DNA of 64,000 bases from an uncultured Gammaproteobacteria bacterium (GTDB lineage Bacteria > Patescibacteriota > Patescibacteriia > Patescibacteriales > GWC2-42-12): the NCBI GenBank assembly GCA_964537265.1, contig CAZHZE010000002.1, forward strand, positions 100,861 through 164,860, given 5' to 3'. A program made the translations under genes and the position numbers. Shown here piece after piece: positions 36,357 through 45,980 of the stretch. Numbering within the stretch: the first letter of the stretch is position 1; every line of letters starts with the position of its first letter. Under the pieces are notes generated by a model. It saw nothing but the letters and a program-made list of their open reading frames with translations, did not search any database and was not told the DNA's origin.

Positions 36357-36857
36357 ATGTCAGAACTAAATAAAAACACTGATTTTGGGAAAAAAATTAT
36401 CGGCTGGAAAATATCTGAATACGACAAACATAAAAGAGAAAAAAATTGGTATATTATAGCTGGTATAGTTGGTGTGATATTTTTGATTTACTCATTTTTT
36501 AGCGGTAATTTTTTATTCGCTGCTATTATTATTATTGGTACTTTAGTTATTATAATACACGATGGCCAAGAACCAATAAAAGTTGATTTTAGTATAACCG
36601 ACGAAGGCTTAGTTGTTGGAAAGAATTTTTATGATTACGATGTTATAAAAGATTTTTCTATTGTTTATAAGCCGCGCGAGAATATAAAAAATTTGTATTT
36701 TGAATTTAAAAATACAATAAAACCAAGGCTTTCGATCCCCCTGGGTAATATGAACCCCTTGCCAATTCGGGAAAATCTGCTAAAGTATTTACCTGAAGAC
36801 TTAGAAAGAACCGATCAGCCTTTATCCGAAGCTTTAGCTAAATTATTTAAACTATAA
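36357..36857 (+). CDS. Two-TM membrane protein with possible PH-like C-terminal domain
   Basis: ORF 36342..36857, ATG at 36357; extended -10 TGCTATAAT upstream. Confidence 0.75.
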   Translation: MSELNKNTDFGKKIIGWKISEYDKHKREKNWYIIAGIVGVIFLIYSFFSGNFLFAAIIIIGTLVIIIHDGQEPIKVDFSITDEGLVVGKNFYDYDVIKDFSIVYKPRENIKNLYFEFKNTIKPRLSIPLGNMNPLPIRENLLKYLPEDLERTDQPLSEALAKLFKL

Positions 36858-36915
36858 ATTGTTTAAAATAGATTATACAGGCACAGGATAATTTCCTGTG
36901 CCGTATTAATATTAA

Positions 36916-36987
36916 GCACTCGTCGTTCAACGGATAGGACACAAGATTGCGGATCTTGTAATCGAGGTTCGATTCCTCGCGAGTGCA
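36916..36987 (+). tRNA. tRNA-Arg(GCG)
   Basis: GCACTCG/CGAGTGC acceptor stem, CAAGA-TT-GCG-GA-TCTTG anticodon arm, GGTTCGATTCC. Confidence 0.93.
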
Positions 36988-37040
36988 CAGAGGAATAAAA
37001 GCGATGTATTAAAATTATTGATAGAAACCATTTTGTTTAT

Positions 37041-37073
37041 AAAAAAATCCCTTTATTTTTAGATAGGGATTTT
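37041..37073. terminator. Bidirectional intrinsic terminator
   Basis: aaaaaaatccct...agggatttt between the convergent tRNA-Arg and ORF 37072..37407. Confidence 0.55.
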
Positions 37074-37407
37074 ATTTTTGGTTTTTTGCCAGTAATTTTT
37101 TTTCTAATTTTTCTTTTAATTTGTTGGCTTTTTTGCACCATGGCTCAGGGGCGTTTATTGTTAAATAGTGTAAATGATTCAAATTATTTTTAATACCCCT
37201 TTTTAATAATTCTTGCCAAGCTTTTTCTTTATATTCTTTAGAAAATTCTCGCCAAGAATATTTGGCGGCAATAAGAACAGAAAACCCAGAAATATCTTCT
37301 ATGAGTAAAAGTTTTTTCCAGGCTTCCCACCGTTCTTCTTCAGTAGAATTAGGACCTCCAATTATATCGTAGAGGTCACAAAATTGAATGTTTGTTTTAT
37401 TTATCAT
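37072..37407 (-). CDS. Small hypothetical helical-repeat protein
   Basis: GGAGG SD, TTGACC-N17-TACATT upstream, repeated (E/K)AWxxLL. Confidence 0.65.
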   Translation of the reverse strand: MINKTNIQFCDLYDIIGGPNSTEEERWEAWKKLLLIEDISGFSVLIAAKYSWREFSKEYKEKAWQELLKRGIKNNLNHLHYLTINAPEPWCKKANKLKEKLEKKLLAKNQK

Positions 37408-37558
37408 GTGGCCTCCATAATATTTATTTTTAAAGCTGCTGATTTTTAATGTACTTTATTTTTGATAAAAGGTCAATAGAATTATATTTAATCATTTTTA
37501 TAACTTTATTAAAATTGTGTTAACTTTAATTATTCTTATTTTATGTTAAAATTAAGGC

Positions 37559-39667
37559 ATGTTAGATTTAAATAGCGATACTACAAAGATCAACCGTATC
37601 GGTTCGGCTACGGCAAAAAAGTTAAAAAAATTGGGCATTGAAACCGTGCGTGATCTGCTTTTTTATTTTCCTTTTCGTTATGATGATTTTACTAAATTGA
37701 TCCCAATTAATAAATTGCAAGCCGGAACTAGCGCGAACGTTGTCGGACAAATTGAATTAATTCAAAATAAACGCAGTTGGAAAAAAAGAATGAATATTAC
37801 CGAGGCTTTAGTGAGCGATGGTACAGAAACTATAAAAGTCATTTGGTTTAATCAACCATTTATAGCTAAAAATTTGCGTATAGGCGATAAAGTTTCCTTA
37901 GCTGGGAAAGTGGACGATGATTACGGGGGATTAATAATGAATTCGCCGGTTTATGAAAAAATAACTTTCGGACAAGGCGTACATACTCAAGGCTTAGTTC
38001 CAAATTATCATTTAACCGCAAATTTAACCCATAAGCAGGTAAGATTTTTAATTAAGCAAATTATAAATTTGGCGGCTAAGATTATTGATTGGTTGCCTAA
38101 TGAAGTTAAAAAGTCGGTTAAATTAATTAGTTTAACCGAAGCCATTAAAAAAATTCATTTTCCCAAAAATGATTTAGATATAAAGAAGGCTCGTGAACGT
38201 TTAGCTTTTGATGAGCTTTTTTTAATTCAGTTGCAATCTCAATTAGCAAAAAAAAGTTTAAGCCAAAGCCGATCGCAAGTTATTGAATTTAAAGAAAAAG
38301 GGACTAAAGAGTTTGTTGATAGTCTGCCGTTTAAATTAACTGACTCTCAAAGGCAGGCGGCTTGGGAAGTTTTAAAAGATTTGGGGAATAATAAACCTAT
38401 GTCAAGGTTATTAGAAGGCGATGTAGGCAGTGGCAAGACTGTGGTGGCTATAATCGCTATGTTAAATGTGGCGTTAAATAAAAAACAAGCGGTTTTAATG
38501 GTACCAACTGAAATATTGGCTAAACAGCATTATGAAACTATCTGTAAATTTTTAAAAGATTTTAATTTACGAGTTGGTTTAGTAACAAGAAGCCAGAAAA
38601 TTACGAATTATGAATTACAAATTAAGAATAAAGGAGAAAATATATTTTTTAATTCAGATATTATAATCGGTACGCATGCTTTAATTCAAGAAGATGCTCG
38701 CCCTGTTAAATCTGGCGAAGCCAATGCGAAGCTATTTAACGGGGTAAAATTTAATAATTTGGCATTAGCGATTATAGACGAACAGCATCGTTTTGGTGTA
38801 GAGCAGAGAAAAAATATTTTGAAAAAAAGCGGAAATGATTTGGTGCCGCATTTTTTAAGCATGACGGCTACGCCTATTCCGAGAAGCTTAGCTTTAGCTT
38901 TATATGGCGATTTAGATTTATCTATAATTAATCAGATGCCGAAAGACAGAAAAAAAATTATTACTAAAGTCGTGGGCGAAAATCAGCGCGCTAAAGCTTA
39001 CGAGTTTATAAAGCAGCAGATAAAAATTGGGCGGCAAGTTTTTGTAATTTGTCCACTCATTGATTTATCCGATAGATTAGGCGTAAAGTCGGTTGAAGAG
39101 GAGTATAAAAAATTAGATAAAATAATTTTTCCGGATTTAACCATAGGAAAATTGCACGGCCGCATGAAAGCGGTTGAAAAAGAAAAAATAATGCAAGAAT
39201 TTTTAGAAAATAAAATAAAAATTTTAGTTTCTACGTCAGTGGTGGAGGTTGGCGTTGATGTGCCTAATGCTTCTGTTATGATGATTGAAGGCGCGGATCG
39301 TTTCGGTTTAGCGCAACTTCATCAATTCCGCGGACGAGTTGGTCGAAGTGCCGAGCAATCCTATTGTTTTCTTTTTTCCGATAGCGATAATGAAAAAACC
39401 TTAAAAAGATTAGAAGCTTTGGTAAAATATAATAACGGCTTTGAATTAGCTAAAATTGATTTAAAATTCAGAGGTCCGGGTGAAGTTTATGGAGTTGAAC
39501 AGAAGGGGTTTCCAGAATTAAAAATCGCTTCATTATTTGATTACGGCTTAATGAAACAAGCGCGAGAACAAGCTATAAAATTGCTAAATTTAGATGAAAA
39601 TTTAAATAATTGGCCAGCGTTAAAGGAACAATTAGGCGAGTGGGAGAAAATGATTCATTTAGAATAA
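37559..39667 (+). CDS. recG: ATP-dependent DNA helicase RecG
   Basis: RLLEGDVGSGKT, DEQHRFG, MTATPIPR, QLHQFRGRVGR, RGPGE. Confidence 0.97.
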   Translation: MLDLNSDTTKINRIGSATAKKLKKLGIETVRDLLFYFPFRYDDFTKLIPINKLQAGTSANVVGQIELIQNKRSWKKRMNITEALVSDGTETIKVIWFNQPFIAKNLRIGDKVSLAGKVDDDYGGLIMNSPVYEKITFGQGVHTQGLVPNYHLTANLTHKQVRFLIKQIINLAAKIIDWLPNEVKKSVKLISLTEAIKKIHFPKNDLDIKKARERLAFDELFLIQLQSQLAKKSLSQSRSQVIEFKEKGTKEFVDSLPFKLTDSQRQAAWEVLKDLGNNKPMSRLLEGDVGSGKTVVAIIAMLNVALNKKQAVLMVPTEILAKQHYETICKFLKDFNLRVGLVTRSQKITNYELQIKNKGENIFFNSDIIIGTHALIQEDARPVKSGEANAKLFNGVKFNNLALAIIDEQHRFGVEQRKNILKKSGNDLVPHFLSMTATPIPRSLALALYGDLDLSIINQMPKDRKKIITKVVGENQRAKAYEFIKQQIKIGRQVFVICPLIDLSDRLGVKSVEEEYKKLDKIIFPDLTIGKLHGRMKAVEKEKIMQEFLENKIKILVSTSVVEVGVDVPNASVMMIEGADRFGLAQLHQFRGRVGRSAEQSYCFLFSDSDNEKTLKRLEALVKYNNGFELAKIDLKFRGPGEVYGVEQKGFPELKIASLFDYGLMKQAREQAIKLLNLDENLNNWPALKEQLGEWEKMIHLE
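38598..38629. repeat. In-frame heptamer array in recG
   Basis: aattacg-aattatg-aattaca-aattaag; encodes ITNYELQI. Confidence 0.8.
38700..38745. repeat. Palindromic element copy 4, in-frame in recG
   Basis: gccctgttaaat ... atttaacggggt; encodes RPVKSGEANAKLFNGV just before motif II. Confidence 0.8.
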
Positions 39668-39792
39668 TATTGACAGAAAAATGAAATTATGTTAATTTAA
39701 AAAGTTAAATAAATTAAAATAATAATTGAAAGGAGGGATGGAATTTTAGATCTTTACAATTTTTTTGTGTTAAAAAATAAATTTGAAAGGAA

Positions 39793-39975
39793 ATGAAAAA
39801 AATGAACGAAGGAAAAGAAGGCTTAGTTGTAAATACAGTTGATCAAGAAGGTGTAAGAATTATTTCCGGTGGCTGCCTTCTTGGAGTGGAAGATGGGACT
39901 ATAATGTCCCATGAAGATTTTGACAAATCGGTCCCGGCCGGCGTTACTTGTAGCTGGAATCCGCAGTTGAATTAA
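39793..39975 (+). CDS. Small hypothetical protein
   Basis: 60-aa ORF with a purine-rich SD-like sequence and TTGACA upstream at 39670. Confidence 0.45.
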   Translation: MKKMNEGKEGLVVNTVDQEGVRIISGGCLLGVEDGTIMSHEDFDKSVPAGVTCSWNPQLN

Positions 39976-40146
39976 AGTTTAAAGTGAAAATGAGCTGAAA
40001 GTGCCCTATTAGGGTCAATAAAGATTTTAGCTGATTTTCGTTTTTATCCGCTTCCATAGCTTTATGTGGTAAGCGGCGAGTCGGTGGCAGGGGTTAATGG
40101 GTGAAGCCGCCCCTGCCGCTGGCTTCAAAGATTCAGGAGGAAATAA

Positions 40147-40548
40147 ATGGTTAATATCAATTATCACAAAAGACAGAGCAAAAAATACCCTAGTCCAGTT
40201 GAGCATAAATCAACGGTGAAAGCAAAAGGACCTGTTTGTCCGCTTTCGAATATTCGTTTGGGTATAAATGACCTTAGAGCCACAACTTTTCTGGTTAATG
40301 GCCAGGAAGTTATAGTAAACCACGACGCTTTTATTGAGCGTTGCCGGAAGTTTGGCTGGAAAATACCCAAGTTGTCGGTTAGTGATACATTGGATGCTGA
40401 CAATTTCGTTCTTAGCGTTGCCAAGCAGTTTGTAGATTTGGAAGCAGATTTAGAAACTCAGAAGCAACTGGAAAGTATCCGGATTTTTGCCGATCTGCTC
40501 GGCGTCAAGAATTTTACCTCGAAACTTCGCCGCGCTTGTCGAGTTTAA
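40147..40548 (+). CDS. Hypothetical protein
   Basis: AGGAGG SD at 40135-40140; terminator downstream. Confidence 0.65.
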   Translation: MVNINYHKRQSKKYPSPVEHKSTVKAKGPVCPLSNIRLGINDLRATTFLVNGQEVIVNHDAFIERCRKFGWKIPKLSVSDTLDADNFVLSVAKQFVDLEADLETQKQLESIRIFADLLGVKNFTSKLRRACRV

Positions 40549-40570
40549 GACAGCAGCGCCGCGAAATTAT

Positions 40571-40604
40571 AAGGCCAACCTTTTTAAAGGCTGGCCTTCT
40601 TTTT
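40571..40604 (+). terminator. Intrinsic terminator
   Basis: aaggccaaccttt...aaaggctggcctt followed by a T tract. Confidence 0.65.
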
Positions 40605-40634
40605 ATTTTAAAAATATTTTCCGCTCCGCTTAGG

Positions 40635-40814
40635 GCCGCTTTTTTAGAAAAAGCGGCGCAAAAATCGCTCGCAGAGAAAAATTTAGGAATTTATGCCAAT
40701 AATTTCTAATAAAATTTTCAACTCCCCAGCCGCTCGCGAGCGACTGGCTCAAACAAGAAAATTTTTTAAAGAAATTTTGCCATAAATTTTATCCTAAATT
40801 TTTCTAGGCTCGCA
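40635..40814. repeat. Long imperfect inverted repeat (MITE/REP-like hairpin)
   Basis: Arms at about 40675-40719 and 40757-40805 around a GC-rich loop hairpin; flanked by gctcgca direct repeats. Confidence 0.65.
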
Positions 40815-40907
40815 TATTATAATAAATAAAAACTATCAGTCTGTGCTGGTAGTTTTTTTATATAAAGATTAGATTATTTGTAAATTTTTATAGGTAATTA
40901 AAATATT

Positions 40908-42275
40908 TTATTTCGTAAAATATTTTATAATCTCGCTTAGATTTTTTATCTTAGTTATTTTTATTTTTTTAGAATTGTAGTCGTTAGCCGGGGTAATGGC
41001 TTTTGTGAAACCTAATTTTTCCGCTTCATTTAATCTTTGTTCAAGGCGGCTAATTTGCCTAATTTCTCCGCCTAATCCGACTTCGCCTAGTATTATAGTT
41101 TTATTGCCTATAACTTGGTTTAAAAGTGAGGAAGTAATAGCTAAACAAACCGCTAAGTCCAGCGCCGGATCGCTAATATGCAGGCCGCCAACCACATTTA
41201 AAATTACATCCTGGTTAGTTAAATTTAAATTAGCGCGTTTAGTTAAAACCGCGATTAAAACTTGCAAGCGGTTTAAATCAAAACCCGAAGCTTTTCTCTG
41301 CGGATAGCCGAAGACTGTTTTAGTTACTAAAGCCTGGACCTCAATTAAAAATGGGCGCGTGCCTTCTATAATGCAACTTATTACCGAGCCGGTGAAACTT
41401 TGGTTTTGCTCTATAAAAATTGATGAAGGATTGATTATTTCTTTAAAGCCAGTTGCGGTCATTTCGAAAATTCCTATTTCATTAATTGAGCCGAAACGAT
41501 TTTTAGCTGCGCGTAAAATTCTATAGCCATGCCCGGTTTCAGTTTCTAAATATAAAACAGTATCAACAATATGCTCTAATGATTTTGGTCCGGCCAATGA
41601 TCCGTCTTTAGTAATATGCCCAATTAATATAATAGCTATATTGTTGGCTTTGGCTGCTTCTAAAAAATTAACCGCTGAACCGCGAATTTGATTTATATTG
41701 CCGGCCTCGCCAGCTACGGCCGAGGAATAAATAGTTTGGATAGAATCAATTATAGCTAAAACTGGCTTAATATTTTTTATGGTAGCAACAATTTTTTCCG
41801 CGTTGGTTTCATTTAAAAATTTTATTTTATCAGTTTTAATATTTAATCGATCAAATCTGGATTTTATTTGGTTGGCTGATTCTTCGCCGCTAGTATAAAT
41901 TATTTGTCCATTTTTACTGATGGCATTAGCTATTTGCGCCACCAAAGTTGATTTACCAATGCCCGGTTCGCCGCCCAATAAAATAACAGAGCCGGGCATA
42001 ATACCTGCTTCGCCGTTGGGCGTAGCCCCGCCCAAAACTCTGTCTAATTCTTTTATATTAGTAGCTAAACGTTTATCTTCTGTTCTATTTTTAATTTTTT
42101 GTAAATCAATTATTTGCGCTGGATTAATATCGGCCATTTTATCATTTGTTTTTTGATCAACTGTTTGCATTTGTAAAGTTCCCCAGCCGCCACATTCTAA
42201 ACAACGCCCACTCCATTTAGGGAATTGGGCGTCGCAAGCTGAACAGACATAAATTGTTTGAACTTTATTTGGCAT
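40908..42275 (-). CDS. radA: DNA repair protein RadA/Sms
   Basis: CSAC...CLEC zinc finger, GEPGIGKST, KNRFG, Lon-like C-terminus GEVGLGGEIR. Confidence 0.97.
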   Translation of the reverse strand: MPNKVQTIYVCSACDAQFPKWSGRCLECGGWGTLQMQTVDQKTNDKMADINPAQIIDLQKIKNRTEDKRLATNIKELDRVLGGATPNGEAGIMPGSVILLGGEPGIGKSTLVAQIANAISKNGQIIYTSGEESANQIKSRFDRLNIKTDKIKFLNETNAEKIVATIKNIKPVLAIIDSIQTIYSSAVAGEAGNINQIRGSAVNFLEAAKANNIAIILIGHITKDGSLAGPKSLEHIVDTVLYLETETGHGYRILRAAKNRFGSINEIGIFEMTATGFKEIINPSSIFIEQNQSFTGSVISCIIEGTRPFLIEVQALVTKTVFGYPQRKASGFDLNRLQVLIAVLTKRANLNLTNQDVILNVVGGLHISDPALDLAVCLAITSSLLNQVIGNKTIILGEVGLGGEIRQISRLEQRLNEAEKLGFTKAITPANDYNSKKIKITKIKNLSEIIKYFTK

Positions 42276-42281
42276 GCAAAA

Positions 42282-43529
42282 TTATTTCAGTTTTATTTTG
42301 TTTATTTTTCCGGTATTTGAATCTGTAAAATATAAATAATAGCCATTATCTGAAACAATTAAATTAGACATATTATAATCTCCGTTAGGTACAGCTATCA
42401 ATTTTTTTAGACCGGTTTTTGTATCAATTTTATATAAATTATCTTTAGTATTTTTAGCCAAGTCTGGCATTAAGCCAGCGCCTTCTTCAAGGCTTTCGGG
42501 AACAGCGCAATAAATTTCTGTATTGGAGGAAAAAACGCATTTGTCCGCCCAAGTTTGCATATTTAATTTATTTCTGCCAGTGCCGATACTTTCACCTTGA
42601 GCGTTAGCTATCCAAAGCTCAGGCTTTAAATCACTATTACTCGAATAAACGCTATAAAGCAGCGTATTGCCCTGTGGTGACCATTTAGGCTGAAAACCAC
42701 GCCCTTCAATCGTTAAAGCTTTAAAATTTTCATTATTCAAGCCGACAAAATAAACTTTTTGTTGGTCATAACTTATTCCTTCAGTATACATAGCGACCGT
42801 TTGGTTATTAGGAGACCAGGAAGGATAAACTGTATCATCTTTATCTCCTAAAGCAGCTATTTTTTTTGCCGAAGTGCCGTCTTCACTAGTGATAGCCAGC
42901 CAGCGATTGTCAGCGCTATCAGCCATGCTTTTAAAGACAATTTTTGAACCGTCATTAGAAAAATCAAAATCTTCCCAATGTTTAGGCAGGCTGATTTGCT
43001 CTTTTTTATCAAAGTCGTAAATTATTTTTGACTGATCGGGGTATTCTAAAATAGCTTTGTTTTTTTCTGGCGACCAAGTAATTTCTTCTACATTATAAAA
43101 AACTTTATCAGTAATTAAGGTGGTTTGTCCGTCTTTATTTATACGATAAAATTTTCCATCCTGTTTGTTATAATATTGTAAATCATTGCCATTAGAGGAA
43201 AGGGTGGCGGCTAATGTTGGCTCTTTGTTTAATTCGGTTGTTTGGGTTAATCCTCCTACAGCAGTAGCATTACCTGGGTTTGTTATTGATGCTTCGCCCT
43301 CAGGTAAACCTTGGGATATTTGACCAGAGGTAGCAGTTTGGCTTGTACCTTGCTGAGCCACTGGCAAACCGCCCTGAGTGCTAGTTGCGGTTGGCTGCTC
43401 TTGATTTGGTTTAGTAGGTTCTAAGCTGGGTTTTAAAAAAAGCGCGTAAAGTAAATATCCTAAAATAATAATAATTAAAATAAAGCCGAAAATAATAAAA
43501 ATTTTTTTGTATTTTATTAGGAATTCCAT
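42282..43529 (-). CDS. Membrane-anchored TolB-like beta-propeller protein
   Basis: N-terminal TM; repeated WSP/FS-xG blade motifs. Confidence 0.8.
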   Translation of the reverse strand: MEFLIKYKKIFIIFGFILIIIILGYLLYALFLKPSLEPTKPNQEQPTATSTQGGLPVAQQGTSQTATSGQISQGLPEGEASITNPGNATAVGGLTQTTELNKEPTLAATLSSNGNDLQYYNKQDGKFYRINKDGQTTLITDKVFYNVEEITWSPEKNKAILEYPDQSKIIYDFDKKEQISLPKHWEDFDFSNDGSKIVFKSMADSADNRWLAITSEDGTSAKKIAALGDKDDTVYPSWSPNNQTVAMYTEGISYDQQKVYFVGLNNENFKALTIEGRGFQPKWSPQGNTLLYSVYSSNSDLKPELWIANAQGESIGTGRNKLNMQTWADKCVFSSNTEIYCAVPESLEEGAGLMPDLAKNTKDNLYKIDTKTGLKKLIAVPNGDYNMSNLIVSDNGYYLYFTDSNTGKINKIKLK

Positions 43530-43599
43530 GAATTTATATATTTTTGTTAAATTAGAATTTTATGTTATAATAACAACAGAAATTCATTTAACCAAATCT

Positions 43600-43655
43600 T
43601 TGATTAATAAGGGTTATTATTGTATAATTATATAATATAATAGGTCTAGTGTCAA
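43600..43655. promoter_or_regulatory. Overlapping divergent sigma70 promoters
   Basis: Plus strand TTGATT(43600)-N17-TATAAT(43623); minus strand perfect TTGACA(43655)-N17-TATAAT(43632). Confidence 0.7.
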
Positions 43656-43676
43656 AACATAATTTTATTTTATTTT

Positions 43677-44711
43677 ATGAGTTTATTTTTATCTAATGAA
43701 AGTTATTTGGGCATAGATATAGGAAGTTCAAGCATAAAAATTATTGAGTTGAAAAAACAGGGCGGCAGAGCCATGCTTTCTACTTATGGTTTTAGTGAAA
43801 ACCTTGACGATTTAGATCAAGCCAGCCCGGAAAAAATAGCTGTTATTATTAATAAAATTTGTGCTGATGCAAACATGACTAGCCGCAAGGCAGTTTCAGC
43901 TTTGCCCACTTTTTCTGTTTTTTCTTCTATTATAAATTTATCAGGTGTTAGCAAAAAAGATTTGCCGTCGGCTATTAATTGGGAAGCTAAAAAAGTTATT
44001 CCTTTGCCTCCTGAAGAAATGATTTTGGACTGGAAAAAAATTGAAACTTCAGGGCAAGCTTCGGATAAAAATAATATAAAAGTTTTATTAACCGGTGCTC
44101 CGCGGAGTTTGGTTAAAAGATATGTTGATATTTTTAAAAGCGCTCAAATTAATTTATTAAGTTTAGAAACAGAAACATTTGCTTTAATTAGGTCTCTTTT
44201 GGGTAGTGATAAATCAACTGTTATGATAGTGGAAATTGGGGCTAAAACCACTAGTTTTGCGATTATTGATCAAAGCATCCCAACTTTAAACAGAAGTATA
44301 GACGTCGGCGGTTGGACAATTACTCAAGCTATTAGCCACAGCCTTAATATTGGCTTAGAAAGAGCGGAACAATTTAAATATGATTTAGGAGTAAGTTCTT
44401 ATGACTCACCCAATAATGCCATACCTAAAACTATTATTGAAAGTCTTTCGCCGATAGTTAATGAAATGAAGTATGCTTTAAATTTATTCCAAAGTAAAAA
44501 TAATAAAAAAGTTGATAAAATTATTTTGACCGGCGGTTCAGCTTTGCTTATGAATTTTACAGAATATTTAACAAAAATTTTAGATATTACGGTTGTAGCT
44601 GGCAACCCCTGGACGCCTGTTTCTTACCCGTTAGACTTAAAACCTCTTTTAGATGAGATTGCTCCTCGCATGGCCATTTCTATCGGGCTAGCCCTTAGAG
44701 AAATAGAATAA
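43677..44711 (+). CDS. pilM: Type IV pilus assembly protein PilM
   Basis: LGIDIGSSSIKIIEL, EIGAKTT, ILTGGSA, IGLALR (actin-like fold). Confidence 0.93.
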   Translation: MSLFLSNESYLGIDIGSSSIKIIELKKQGGRAMLSTYGFSENLDDLDQASPEKIAVIINKICADANMTSRKAVSALPTFSVFSSIINLSGVSKKDLPSAINWEAKKVIPLPPEEMILDWKKIETSGQASDKNNIKVLLTGAPRSLVKRYVDIFKSAQINLLSLETETFALIRSLLGSDKSTVMIVEIGAKTTSFAIIDQSIPTLNRSIDVGGWTITQAISHSLNIGLERAEQFKYDLGVSSYDSPNNAIPKTIIESLSPIVNEMKYALNLFQSKNNKKVDKIILTGGSALLMNFTEYLTKILDITVVAGNPWTPVSYPLDLKPLLDEIAPRMAISIGLALREIE

Positions 44712-44724
44712 TATATTTAATATT

Positions 44725-45978
44725 ATGTCCGATATTAATTTTTTGGATAATAAAAAAAATAACCAAGATCAAAAATCCAAAGAACAAAAAGAGGAATTAG
44801 CTTGGTCTAAACCGCAAAAAGAGATTAAAAATCCTAAAAAATCTCCTTTTTCTTTTTTTTCATCTTTAAATAAAAAATCAGTTGATAAAGATTCCAAGCC
44901 AGAAATTAATAAAAATAAAATTAAACAATCTCGCGCAGAAATTTTGAATTTAATTAAGCGCCACGAATATTCTCAACCCCCGATAAAAAATAATAATAAA
45001 AGTTTTTTATCAAATTTGAGTCATAAATTTAAGGGGCAGCCGGCGCCCAAGGATATTTTGATTGATTATCAAAAAATTTTTAATCAGGAGAAAGAACATA
45101 AAAAAAATATCGGCCAGTTTTATTCTGAGCCGGAAGTTGATAATAAACCAATGGTTAAAACAAAACAAAAACCAGCGAAAAATTGGTTTAATTTTAAAAA
45201 CTTTTTTATTAATAAACAAAAAGTTTCTCCATCTATTGAAGAGGCAAAAATTGAAAAAGTTGAATTATCTGAAGTTAAAGAAGCTAACCCCCCGGTTGTT
45301 TTAGAAAAAGAAAAAGTTGCTAAACAAGAAGAAAAACAGACAGAAATTAATAAAGAAGAAGAAATTAAAAAGAAAGAAGAATGGGATAATAGCCAATACG
45401 AGCAAATCAGGCAGCAAGTCTTAGAAACGAACTTAATTAAAGGAGAAATTATAACTTTTTTTGATTGGCATTCTAAAATTGGCATTGTGGCAAGCGCTTT
45501 TTTAATACCAATTTTTGTTATCGGAGCTTCTTATTATGGTTTGGCTTTATATCAAAAAAGTAACGAAGCTAAAAATGCTGAACAAATGCAAAAATTTTTA
45601 GAAGTTGAGCAAGAAATTGCCAAAGAAGAAGTTGATTTAAAAGAAATATCGGATTTTCAGGCTAAATTAAAAGTAATTTCTAAAGTTTTTTCTCAGCATA
45701 TTTACTGGACTAACTTTTTTAAATTTTTAGAAGATAATACCATTAAAGATGTTTATTTTGTAAATTTTGAAGGCGATACTAGCGGCAATTATAAATTAGA
45801 CAGTTTGGCGACTAAATATAGCAGCATCCCCGAGCAAATTAATACTTTTAAAAATAATAAAAAAATAAATAATGTTTTAGCTGAAGGCGGAGAGATGGTT
45901 GCCGGCAATGAAAAAAATAAAACTTTAGTAAAATTTATTTTAAATTTTTCTGTTTCTAAAGATATTTTTACCGAATAA
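44725..45978 (+). CDS. PilN-like protein with long charged N-terminal extension
   Basis: Follows pilM; ETNLI motif then TM, coiled coil and HIYWTNFFKFLE. Confidence 0.65.
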   Translation: MSDINFLDNKKNNQDQKSKEQKEELAWSKPQKEIKNPKKSPFSFFSSLNKKSVDKDSKPEINKNKIKQSRAEILNLIKRHEYSQPPIKNNNKSFLSNLSHKFKGQPAPKDILIDYQKIFNQEKEHKKNIGQFYSEPEVDNKPMVKTKQKPAKNWFNFKNFFINKQKVSPSIEEAKIEKVELSEVKEANPPVVLEKEKVAKQEEKQTEINKEEEIKKKEEWDNSQYEQIRQQVLETNLIKGEIITFFDWHSKIGIVASAFLIPIFVIGASYYGLALYQKSNEAKNAEQMQKFLEVEQEIAKEEVDLKEISDFQAKLKVISKVFSQHIYWTNFFKFLEDNTIKDVYFVNFEGDTSGNYKLDSLATKYSSIPEQINTFKNNKKINNVLAEGGEMVAGNEKNKTLVKFILNFSVSKDIFTE

Positions 45979-45980
45979 CT

